Shown: in pieces, positions 52,931-64,000 of the stretch | Layout of the letters: every line of letters starts with the position of its first letter | Numbering within the stretch: the first letter of the stretch is position 1 | Assembly: GCA_013239625.1 (NCBI GenBank) | Contig: MU054187.1 | Coordinates: 16,570,941 to 16,634,940, forward strand | Source: Lama guanicoe | Taxonomy: Eukaryota | DNA: 64,000 nt | Direction: 5' to 3' | The notes under the pieces: model-generated | What the model was told of the DNA's origin: nothing | What the model saw: the letters and a program-made list of their open reading frames with translations, nothing else | Database searches by the model: none | Made by a program: the position numbers and the translations under genes

Positions 52931-55900
52931 AGATGAAGATGGGGCTGTGTGAATGTATGAAAATTAATCAAGCTGCTTAGATGAACTGAACGTAAAGTGT
53001 TTCTATTTTCCATGTCTTTATGGTGTATTTCTCATGGAATGCATTGAAAGGTATGCAGAATTCTGAAAGGCAGTAAGAGAAAGGAAGTGAAGAAGAAAGG
53101 GAATTTAAAATGTGTATGCACACCCTGGACCTTGCACAAGAAGGCACTAGTGAGGAATCTCGTGCACTGATTGCCACACATTAGCGGTGGAAGATGACTA
53201 AGGAAAACGGAAGTTCACTACCCAAGGGAAAAAAGAGAAAAGAATAAATGCTAAATGCAATAAACATTTGCAAATAATGATTCAAAAGCAAGCAAATTTA
53301 AGGGGCAGGGTAACAGAAACTGTCCATGTATCTGGTTCTAATGGTGCAAGTTTTTCTAGGTTAGCAGGGGTACAACTGAATTACAGAGAGTTGATAGCTG
53401 TAAGTCTTGAAAGGCAGAGAACAATGGAGTGTAAGTGGATTGTTAAAAGATACTATACTTAAAGAAAACTATAATACCTATGTGTTTAATACCTATGTGG
53501 TCTTTAATGTTGGAGGTCTTGTCTTTGGAACATTCTTTTTTTATCCCTTGGAAAACAAAGTATTTCTGTGGCTTTTTGTCTTCCTCCCACTAAAATATAA
53601 AAGAGGAGTGGAGATGATCCAAACAGTGAGGTAGAAAGAAGGCGGGGCCACTTTACATGTTATTGAATCACCAGGATATTCCTAAATATTGCAAAGTTGC
53701 AATGTGACTGTTAATCACAGTGGGGCAACTCTTACTTCAGAAGGAAACTATTGCGCACGTTGGTGCCACTTTGCTTAGCTGTGAGAATAAACGCGATTGT
53801 ACAGAAGCCACTGGTATCAGCAGCGCTCTGTCCTCTCCTGGGAGAAGGCATAGGGTCCCTTTCTTCCTCTGGTGACACCTGTGAGCTATGAGCAGGTTGG
53901 CTGTACAAGGGAAGCATGAAATGAAGAAAGGGAACACCCAACACTGAAGCTACCGTGGACCTGGAAGTCGTCGGGCTTGATGGAGACAAGACGGCACGAG
54001 CAAACGGGATGAAGCGTGGTGCTGGGACTTAAAGGTACGTCTTCCACTGCTCAGACTGTGAAAGCTGGGTCGGCTTCGGATTGCGGTGTCAGAGTCTGAT
54101 AACTCTCCTGTTCACATGAAACAGAGCACTAATCCTAATAGGAGTTGCTTACAAATAGCTCATGAACTGCATTACTTCCACTCTCTAACCTCAATAGCTG
54201 AGAGATGATGGGGAGAGGCTGCTAGGTTTCAGAGTGCCAGATCTCGGGGCCTCAAACATTTCTTCCTTCCTTTCCTTGTAAGGCCAGGACACTCGTCTTC
54301 CAAGTGTCTGTACTAATTAAATGCAGGTCTAGTATGCCAAAAATGTTTTGAATGTAAAAGATTAACGAGACGGAGAACTTTTGTGAAAGGAGGGAATTGA
54401 GACAGGAGAGGCTCCTCCTGGTTGGCATGGTTTTAAGGGGGAGGTAATCTTGGGGTCTTAAGAACATAAGCAGTGCAATTTTTTTTAAGAGACACTTGGC
54501 TCCAGGGGAAAAGAATGAACCAAATATTTCAGGGACTAAGGCAGCAACCACCCAGGAAGGCTCACTGTGACCCCGGGTGACAGATGAGCTGTAAGCGGAC
54601 GGTCTGAGTAAATGAGGGCAAAATGAAGCCCTTCTCCATTTGGCTCTTCTGGCCATGTTGCCGCTTGTTTTGTTTGAGAGCTCACCGTAAGGGGAACCCA
54701 CTGACCATTCTGACCTTTCCCTCCAGATTTGGCGTTTGAAGGAATAAATCAGGATTAACGCTGCCATTAAGCTTCAGACATGGTGTCTTTAAGACAAAAG
54801 TAAGACCATTACTGGCAGTTTTAGCACTTGGGACAATATTGCATTGCTCATTTGGAACAGTAGGAATTAATCAGTAGGAGAAACTTGGTGTCCCTTTGGG
54901 CAACACCGAGCTCCGATTTGACTCTTACTTGTTGGGTCAGCTGAGGGATGGGAGGGGAGAAAGGAGACAAAGATTTGTGTTTTGGTAACTTGCCAGCACT
55001 TAGATGTCAGCTAGCCTTCTGAGACGCAGAAGGAGCCTCTTTTTTTTTTTTTTTTTTTTGCAAAAACGTTTAGCAGTGGTCAGACGGATGAACATATTTG
55101 GAGACACTGAAATGATGTAATAATGGCAACAATGTTATTTTTACAGCATTAGAAGAAAGGAGGACAACTACCAGCTGCCAAACTCATTGGTCACATTGAT
55201 CCCTAATAAATCCTGGGCGAGCCTGCCTAATATTAGTCATAGGAGTTAAGCCTGTGAATCTGTTAGGACTTAAGACACATTACTTTTAGTTGGGAGGGTA
55301 AGAAAAAAATCTTCTGGCATATGGTAAGAGGAAGGGTAATTTAGTACGCTTTCTTAATGTTTTGAAAAGCCGTACTGAGGCAACATTTGTTTTTTTGGAT
55401 GAATATCTTCTATTCTCAGGAGAAAATGGCAATCTCTCATCAGAGAAGGATGGGGGAAGGGCACCTAAGAGAAGAGAAACTTTGTAAAACTTTGTAAAAA
55501 AATCTTTCAGGTTTTGCAGAAAAGATTGAATAACAAAATCTAACATCATTTCCACATATGCTGACTTTATGTTTATTAAGATCGATGAAGGCACAATACT
55601 TCCCCTGAAGGTGACTTTCCTTTCAAGCAACTATCCCTCAAAACTCTATACTTCTGTATCTCAATGGCAGTAGACACCACTAATATCCCTATTTCGCAAA
55701 GCAAACTTCCATTTATTATGATTCAACAACTTAGTATGACCATCGAAGACCAGATGGCTGGTTCATTGTGGTTGTGTAGCAGGTCCGGAGCACACATCCT
55801 AAATGCGAGGTTAACCTGTGGAGTGTTTGATCTCTCTGGAGGCAGTAGACTTAGTGATCAGGGACACAGACATGGAAGTGGAACAGGTCTGGGTTCTTCC

Positions 55901-57192
55901 ACTTATGAGCTGTGTGAATTGAATAGCCTCATCTGACATGGCTAGTTCTTTATGTCATAGAGTTTTTGTTAGGGTTAACTTACATAATATAGAAGCCATG
56001 TCCACTACACTGTAAGTGCTTGATAAAGAGTAACTTTTTGGAATGACAGCTATTGGAATGGACTTACTTGTTTTACTTACACTTTGACCAGTGATGCCCA
56101 AACTTAGTCCCACCATTTAGAACTTAGAATATAACCTTAGAATATAAACTCTCATCTCTCAGCACTTGTGATTCTTGGGATCAGACCAGCTGAGGACATA
56201 ATGCTTTTGGATTTTTGGTTCCTCTCCTTTACCCTAGACTAACCAATTACTTAGGTAATTTGTTAAAGTCCAGTCCATGCCACTGCTCTCTCTAGATCAG
56301 CCCTGCAAATTACAAACCACTCTTTATTTTCTCCTTGATCTGTAGAGATTAGTGATGCTGCACCAGTCAGATAAGTGTCAGTTCTGGCTCTCTCTGGCAC
56401 TGAATCATAATTGGTTCAAAGAACACTTTTAGGGGAAAGGTTGTCTGAGTCCTTCACAATGAAATTGCTTTTCTTAAACAGGTTTTGTGTTGACACTCAG
56501 AAAGTAAGGTCTCTCTGGAGCTCCCCGTTCCAGTCATCTGTCAGTCTTTTACAGCTCAATTCAGAATTTACCTATACCAGAAATTCGTATTAATTGCCCT
56601 TGATTTCCACTATACCATGCTCAGAATTTCAATCTTAAGTCTATTAAAATAATTGGCTCTTGGTTACATGATAAAGGTTGTTTGGTATCTCTTTCCAACT
56701 AGACAGTATAGTCCTTAAAGGTAGGGACCATGACAGCCACACATTAAATGTGGATGAAGGATACAAGAGAAATAGAAGATATGGTCCCTGCCCTCAAGGA
56801 GTGTACAACCCAGTTGAGGAAAGATGCTGATCTACAACTAGTAAATGATATTTTCCTTGTAACGAGATGCACATGATAGTGCCCTGGATGTTCCACGAAC
56901 CCATCTGGGGAATAAAATGTTCAGGAGTGTCATTATATCCCTGAGGAGACTCACATCTGAGTTTCATACAATGTTTGCTCTTTTGGAGGGCAAAGCAAAT
57001 CACTGCAAATATTCAGGGAAAATCAAAATCATGCTTTTTTCATATAACATCCTTATGAAGAATTTGTTCTCAAAGTCCATTCTTTCCTGGTACATGAGCA
57101 TATGATGCTCTAGTCCAGCATTTTTCAGCCATACCTTGTGATTTATTTCTAGATCAGGAAATTTATTTAGGGGCCATGACCATCTTTTTTTT

Positions 57193-57589
57193 TTTAAGAA
57201 AAAAAAGCCAAATTTGAGGATTACGACCCGGGAAGAGCATCTCAGAAAGCTCTGAAAACTGTTCTACTGGTTAGAAGTCAAGACACAGTTATATAAGCTT
57301 TTGGAGACAGACAGCTGTACATCCAAAGACATATTATCAACAGTTTCCATAATCCAGGTCTGAGCACCATGTGACCCCTTATCAAGAAGGAATGTTATCT
57401 TTAAGGGGTTGCCTTAAGACAATGTGGCTCTTTGTGGTTGAGTGGCCATTTCTGCCGATGGGGAAGGTTTGGTCAATGCATAATGCAGATACACAGTGTG
57501 CAGTGTGCGGAGAGGAGGCCAAAGGGTGCAGAAGATTTCCTGTTTAAATTTTTTCTAGTTTTGCCATAAAACATGGATTGTATTTCACA
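57193..57589 (-). mobile_element. ERV1 solo LTR (MER41-like)
   Basis: gaggattacgacccgggaagagcatctcagaaagctctgaaaactgttc resembles artiodactyl MER41-type LTRs. Ends ...tttcaca (TG on the minus strand). Confidence 0.5.
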
Positions 57590-57629
57590 ATCCCCCCTGT
57601 TTATCATTAATTTTTCAATAAACAGCAAT

Positions 57630-57748
57630 GGGTAGTAAACTCTAATGAAAAAGAATATGAAAAGAAAATATGCATCTGTATGTATGACAGAAATTGACAC
57701 AACATTGTAAACTGACTATACTTCAACTTAAAAATGGGGAAAAAAAAG
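57630..57748 (+). mobile_element. L1 3' end
   Basis: gaaattgacacaacattgtaaactgactatacttcaa followed by an A-rich tail. Confidence 0.75.
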
Positions 57749-59811
57749 CATCGAGTGATCACACGTTTGATGTGGCTGCTTGCCTGCTCCAGTGTCCATC
57801 ATGTCCCTCCATGCCAGGTCGTGTTAGCTCAGTTCTCTCATTTGGGGGATTTTACTAGCAGATTGTTCAGCAAGGAATGACAGCCAATTCTAGGTTGTCC
57901 AGTAAGGAACTTAAGCCAGTTTTCCTCATGTGTGCATTGTGTATGTCCATATTTTATAGAAAACTGTAGATGAACCATGAAATAAAATAGACAATATTAG
58001 AGATGGGAGATAATTAAAAAAAAACAAATTTATGAAAATTGTTGTTTTCTGTACATGGGCAGGGTCACAGTGTAGAATGAATTTCTTCCTGTGATGTATA
58101 ATCCAAAAGAGTCTGAGGAAAAATGCATATAGTCGGCACCCAGAAAACTGAACAAATATTCTTGGTAAGACTTAGAGAAGCTTGATGTTTATGACATGTT
58201 TTCAGACTCCAATAAGACAGACTCTCTGGACCAGAGAACCCAAAAGAGAAAGAACTCAGAAGCGTTCCTTCACCCAAACTCACAGGTAAGGAATTTCTCA
58301 CCGCTTCTTCAAAGGGGCAGAATAAGAGACAGAAGTCCAGATGAGTGGTCTAGACAAGGGAGGGTGATGAGGAATAGAAGTCTAGAATGTTATTCTAGTA
58401 AAAGACCCCTCATGGAAGCACGAAGCCATGAAAGGATGAAAGCTATGAATTCCTCTGTGACCCTCTTCCCACAGAGAGCAGAATTTGAGATCTTACTGCC
58501 TTCCCCATCCTACCTGCCCTGGCTTGAGAATTATATGGTCAGCTGCAGTGTGGCAAATCCACTGAGAGAATAAACAGTAACTTTTTGGGTACACTATCCC
58601 CACCTTAAAAAATTACTATACCGCAGGTGAACTACTCTTTCTTCGTGTATCCTTCTAGAACTTCCTGGGGCAATGGAACACAGTAGACTCCGAATTAGGT
58701 CAGAATATTAATTAAAGTAACTCTGAGGCCCAGACTACAAAACTTTACGTTTTGATCCATTTCCTATCTCTAAAGATGTCTAACCACATGATACAATTAG
58801 CTCTCCAGAGGTGTGCAATAGATAAAAATGGTAGATATAAAGTTATTCCAAATAACAGGACATTATTATATCAAACTGTCTCAAACTTTAACATAAATAC
58901 CCTTATCAATTCTCAGGAAGAAATGATCAAAAATTAAATGTCTGGCTTTTTTCTAAATAAATCAAAGATAAAAATTGTAATAAGTGACTCCAAAGAAAAT
59001 AAATTCAACCTTCTCAAGTTCAAGAGAGATGTTTTAAATTCCAAAAAGGATTCCTATTGCTAAAATTTCTTATTCTAGTTATTCTTAGCCAAAGACAGCT
59101 CACTCATACCTGAGTAGAATTGGGAATTTCTTCTCTACCTGCATCTTGGGCTGTTTTCTATGGGAATAAAGTTATTTTAACCCTCAGAATTTGAGCTACT
59201 TTGACATCAGTATTATCAATTGGGATTTGATCAGAAAACAGAAGACACTCCATGTTAGTTTGATCGAAAAGTTAATTATTATGTGGAATTAGAAGTTTGT
59301 AGAGCTGTGGGAGCTAAGATCTGAAAGCTACTCTCAGCAAATCGCGAAGTGTGACTCACAGGGAAGTCATAAAAAATAACCCCAGCCTCAGACAAGTAGG
59401 TAATTCTCAAAAGAAGCCCCTGGGAAGCCACCACTGTTGTTCTGAGCTTCCCGCTTTCAGTGGCTTCTCCTCCACTTTGTACTTCGCATGAATGCCTCTC
59501 ACTGTCCAAAGTTAAGGGTCTAAAGATGACCCTGGCACTAGTCCTACACCCATGAAAATTTGAAGCATAAGCAAATTTTCAGGCCTTTGAGGTCTTGAGC
59601 AAGTAAAACATTTCCCCTAGAAACCAGTACTTGATAGAAATCTAGACTTTGACAGTCACCAAAGGAAACTCAGTGGTAATACTCCTCGACTTAGCTACCG
59701 GTAAGTCTGGTACTACGTGCAATTTATGGCTTGTTAATATGAAGCCAGTTGTGAGAACTCTCCTACTCTGAGCTCAGTGCAGATAGTTATCACATCGTAG
59801 CGTAGATGCAG

Positions 59812-60080
59812 TGACGGAAAAGAGCAAACCTGACCCCATATTGGATCTTTTCCGTTAGCACTCGGCTTTGTGCTCTGTTGCCTGTGCTCAGTCATGCAGA
59901 CTCTGCACCTTCTCTAAATGAATGTTACCCATAGCTTGAACTACACAGGAGAGCCCATTCTCAAGGTTCTGACCTTAAAGAGACAACACTCATCCATTAA
60001 AAAGTTGCAGAACAGAGAATAACATTTGTCTTGCTGGAGGTTTACAGGAACATGGTGACCAGCCCTACATGGGGACAGCC
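59812..60080 (+). mobile_element. ERV1-type LTR, 5' half
   Basis: tgacggaaaagagc...cccattctcaaggttctgacc...aaaaagttgcagaacagagaataacatttgtcttg resembles a laurasiatherian ERV1 LTR. Confidence 0.55.
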
Positions 60081-60344
60081 GGAGTTTCCGTAAAGGTAAA
60101 ATGGGATTATTAACATTCCCTCTCTTGTGAGATTATTGTAAATATTAAACTCGTAGGTAAACGTCTGACGTTCGTACATGATATGAAGCAAGAGGTGAGA
60201 TGTGTTATGTTCCCTGTACTTTCTCTTTTTCACGCATTTCCCTGGCGTCTTACCTCGGGAGAGAGAGAAGACCACCGGCGATCACTGGGGCATCTTCACA
60301 TGCACCTGCTACTGCCTTCAATATGATTCTCTAGTCTTTCTTCT

Positions 60345-60618
60345 TTTTTTTTTAACTTATTTATTTATTTTACATGATTTTATTGAGTTATAGTCAGTTT
60401 ACAGTGTTGTGTCAATTTCCAGTGTGGAGCACAATTTTTCAGTTATACATGAACATACACATATTCATTGTCACATTCTTTTTTGCTGTGAGCTGCCACC
60501 AGATCTTGTATATATTTCCCTGTGCTAATCTTGTTTCTCTATTCTACATATGCCTGTCAGTATCTACAAATTTCAAACTCCCAGTCTATCCCTTCCCACC
60601 CCGCTCCCCCTCTGGTAA
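60345..60618 (-). mobile_element. L1 3' end with TSD
   Basis: Similar to 25895-26114. TSD TTTCTTCT at 60337-60344 and 60619-60626. Confidence 0.8.
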
Positions 60619-63600
60619 TTTCTTCTGATAGATTTCTAACTTTCATAAAACTGCTAGTTGACAGTTGATTCAAGCCTTGAGGGGGCAGCTATTTGTGGAT
60701 TTAGGGGTCTGCCTCTCCCTGGTTTTCTGGATCCAGGCTCCTTCCTGGAGAATGATTCCAGTGAGCCTCCAAACATCTTGCTGCCTTTCTCCTGGTAGTT
60801 TTCTCTGAACCCCACTCACCCTTTCTGATCAAGTAACAGCTAACATGCTCTTCTCTAATCCGATGTCTAAGGACAGCTAACCCTGGGTGCACCACCTTTC
60901 CCCTTTCTTATTTGCCAAGACTGACCTCCGGGATCACTTTTTCTGCTCATATTGGCCCACCCTCTTCTGTAAGAGCTTAACCTTGCTCCTAAGGAAATCT
61001 CTCGCTTCCTCCTAACCAAACTTTATTTCTCTTTCATTCTCTCAATGGTCATGTTCTGATAGCTTTTAATCCAATCCAGTTCTTTCTTGTGACATGAACA
61101 AACTTGGTTCTTGAAGACAGAGTATTCCTGGCACAGACCTTTTCTACTTGCCTTCTTAGCTTTTGGCTTTGAATACTTTTCATTAGGTTGCTTCTCTACC
61201 TCAAGCAAAGATGGTCCATCCCTTATTTAATCAAATCTCCACTAGTGGGGATTATTCCCTGGTGCCATCAGCCCTCTGAGTCTGAATCCAGTTCCTTGAA
61301 GACAAAGGGCTGGGCAGAGCTTTTTGGAGACAAACCATGTGAATACAGGGTGGGAGCCTTCCACACTTTACCCCCTTGACACTGAATGCAGATCAGTAAA
61401 GAGATTCACTCAGACGCCCACCTGTGTCTGCTATGAGCCGTGTTGCTCAAATAGAATTTAACTGCCTCTGAAATGTAAAGCCCTAGCTTGAAGGCCTTGC
61501 TGGAAAAAAAGAAAATGCAATAAAGCTAAAATCATTCCATATGGCCAGTGCCTAAAGGGCCTGCACAGAGACAGGACAAAAGGGATCTCTTTTCCCATGA
61601 TTTTCTCATCCTTTTCTGGGCCGCATCTACGCAATGAGGTCAGGCTGCTCCTGTGCGAATCGTGGGCAGCAGCAATGACATGCCCATAGAAGGCTGGACA
61701 GCCAGCTCACAGGGGTCTGTCCCAGCTGATAGATAACTAGCTGCCCTACTGGAAAAATAGCCACATATGCTGCCTCAAAATACCAGGATACGATTCTAAA
61801 AGACACGAATCTACAAGTACTGAATGAGTAAGTCTCCTAGCTGCACCATCAGAAGCAAAGATCGCCACTGTTGCTCGTTACCTTGATGCCAGTCCTTGTA
61901 CCCATCTTTCAAGATTAATAGACTGTGTGTCACTCCTTTTGTCTCTTGAAACACTCACATAACAACACTCTGTAGCCATAAGAAGCAGGTAAAGATCAAA
62001 ATATTGGCTTTCTTATTGATAAAAAGCAGAGCTGGAAGCTATGGCCTAGGTAAGCATTTTCCTAAATCTTCACTCCGTATTTGTACTTAGCCACATGGTC
62101 ACAGTGAGCTGGGTTACCACGAGACACCCCTGTACAAGCCTCCTGACACAGAAGAGCTTGGCATCCAGAGAGAAGAGGTCAGAATACAGATTTGTCATAG
62201 GCAAGTAGCTTGAAAAAGAGAACCTGGAATCACTTCCTGCCTTTCTTCCAAGCTGCTGGTGAGAAAACCCCATAAGAAGGCGTAAGTCTGTGGGGGCCTG
62301 GGGAAGACCACAGGTGTGAGTCTACATGAGAAGTTCCCTCATGGGGACACGAGGCCAGGCTAACACTTCAGGCTTGGCTTTTAAAGAATTGCCTTAATAT
62401 TAAAAGGCTAAGAGGCTGGATAGGGACTCGTTCACCAAATCCCAAGGACTTTAATATTCCGCCTCAGTAATTAAATGTAAGTGGTGTAGCTAAAGGCAGG
62501 CTAACCATTTATTCAACATTTCTAGTGTGGACAACAAATCACATTGACCACCCAGAGATAACGCTGACTTTTTTCTTGCCCACCTGTTAAGACTTGTCTT
62601 GCTTTATAAACTAGAGAGTTTTTAAATTCAAGTTAGAAAGTAGATCCATGGGATTTTAAAAATAGCTTTTCCAGAATATTTTAGTATGAATTCTATTCAC
62701 ATGTAATGTATTTAAAAAATTTTTAAAGTGCTTTGAAAACCATAAGATATTGTGTAGAAGTATGAGATCATTTTCAGCTAAGTTTAGAGTTTTATACAGT
62801 GGCTTTTTTCCCTAATAAACCATATCTATTATATGGGTACATGCAAATTAATAAAAAGCAACTTTAGTGTCTGATTTACTTCTGAAGTTTTCACTGTCCT
62901 GGTCAGAGATTGAACTGATTAGATTGATGGGATATACTTTCTTTTTTTCTTTCTTTCTTTTTTTTTAGAACACTAGTGGGAACCTCTGCTTTTATGAGAC
63001 AGTAAAGAAGTATCAATAATCCCAATTACTTCGTGAATTACTATTTTTGTTTTTTTAATTTTCCTTTTAGACTCTCCCTCTATTATGTTGTTTCTCAAGA
63101 AAATAAATTGGTCTTATGTACTTTTAGTCTAAGAGTCCTTATTTCTCAGCTGCAGCCACTATAAAATCTTATTTAAGAGTTGTACAGAGGCAGATTCCAA
63201 AATATCTTCCACTTACATGTGACTGATGGGATCACACATGACTGGTGTCTCCCTTGTTCTATAGAGAACCTTCTCTTCTTTCAGGTTGTCATGTGTATTA
63301 CTTGGGCTCCTCAGGGACCTAAGATGCTAGTTGTGATGAATGTTCAGTTAAAGCCCTTCCCACGACATCTCTTTCATCTTCTTCATGGGACAGTGTTTGA
63401 AAAGGTACATGAACATCCCTACCACGTGGGGACGTTCCCAACCATTGCATCATCTGGCATTGAGTATCACAATGTATCCAAACATCATGCTTAATTTTAT
63501 TTGTGCCATAAAATTATTCTTTAATGAATAAAAATAACTTTAGCTTGAAGATTTCCTTTAAGTGAAATACTGGGTAAATGGAATGGATCTAAAAATATTT

Positions 63601-64000
63601 TAGTCACCTTTATGTGCTTTGACCAGATTACTTTTTCCTGGGACCTTCATTCTAAGACAAGTCACAAACAAGGAGATTGTGTTGAAAGAGACTGGGGTCC
63701 ACACACAGACATAGCTAAGTTCAAAATAAAATATCTAAAATAAATCTTTCCAGGTTCCCGGTTGTTATTGAAAGAATCTTGGAAGCATCTGTCAACCCAG
63801 TAATAATGGTGGGAAGGGAGTGGGCAGGGAGAGAGAGTGAGAGAGAGACAGAATAATAGAAAAAGTTTTCTACTAAGAGGTTAGCAAGTTACAGGTGCAA
63901 TTCACCCCAGTCGCCAGGTAGCCCTCTTCCTTCCATAAGAGAGTTTGCAAAATAGCTTTTGTGTAAATTTTACCTCTCGTGCTCTGACCAGTCCCCGCAT

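Noticed and set aside
9978..56150. Short tandem duplications (9978-10004, ~41677-41706, ~53473-53500, ~56123-56148), (TATTCC)n at ~23121 and a 9-bp hairpin at 20706-20728
   Set aside because: These are ordinary slippage products or chance hairpins. There is no repeat-spacer array or CRISPR-like structure.
57225..57250. STAT1 GAS motifs in the MER41-like LTR
   Set aside because: acccgggaa and atctcagaa both deviate from TTCNNNGAA, and the family assignment is itself uncertain.
30700..64000. Short ORFs in the intergenic region (e.g. 43160-43648, 54252-54767, 63180-63494)
   Set aside because: No recognisable protein similarity or consistent splice structure, and several overlap transposon relics.

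Overview
Mammalian genomic DNA, most likely a camelid, judged from three tRNA-Ala-derived Vic-1-type SINEs. The first 30.6 kb hold the 3' part of ZFHX4 on the + strand. There are six coding exons (5634-5750, 11957-12090, 12320-12520, 13065-13182, 13718-19072, 26360-27822). They splice GT-AG in frame to about 2,460 aa with many C2H2 fingers and all four homeodomains, followed by a ~2.8-kb 3' UTR. The remaining ~33 kb is intergenic, with L1, L2, MIR, MaLR, ERVL and ERV1 relics, SINEs and microsatellites; I found no other credible gene. I see no new biological system. The best second-look items are an apparent L1 3' transduction in the last intron, GC/CpG-rich exon patches, DR5 and DR3 nuclear-receptor motifs, several in-frame splice alternatives, and a 5'-inverted L1. 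Repeat family names and human comparisons come from memory, not from searches.
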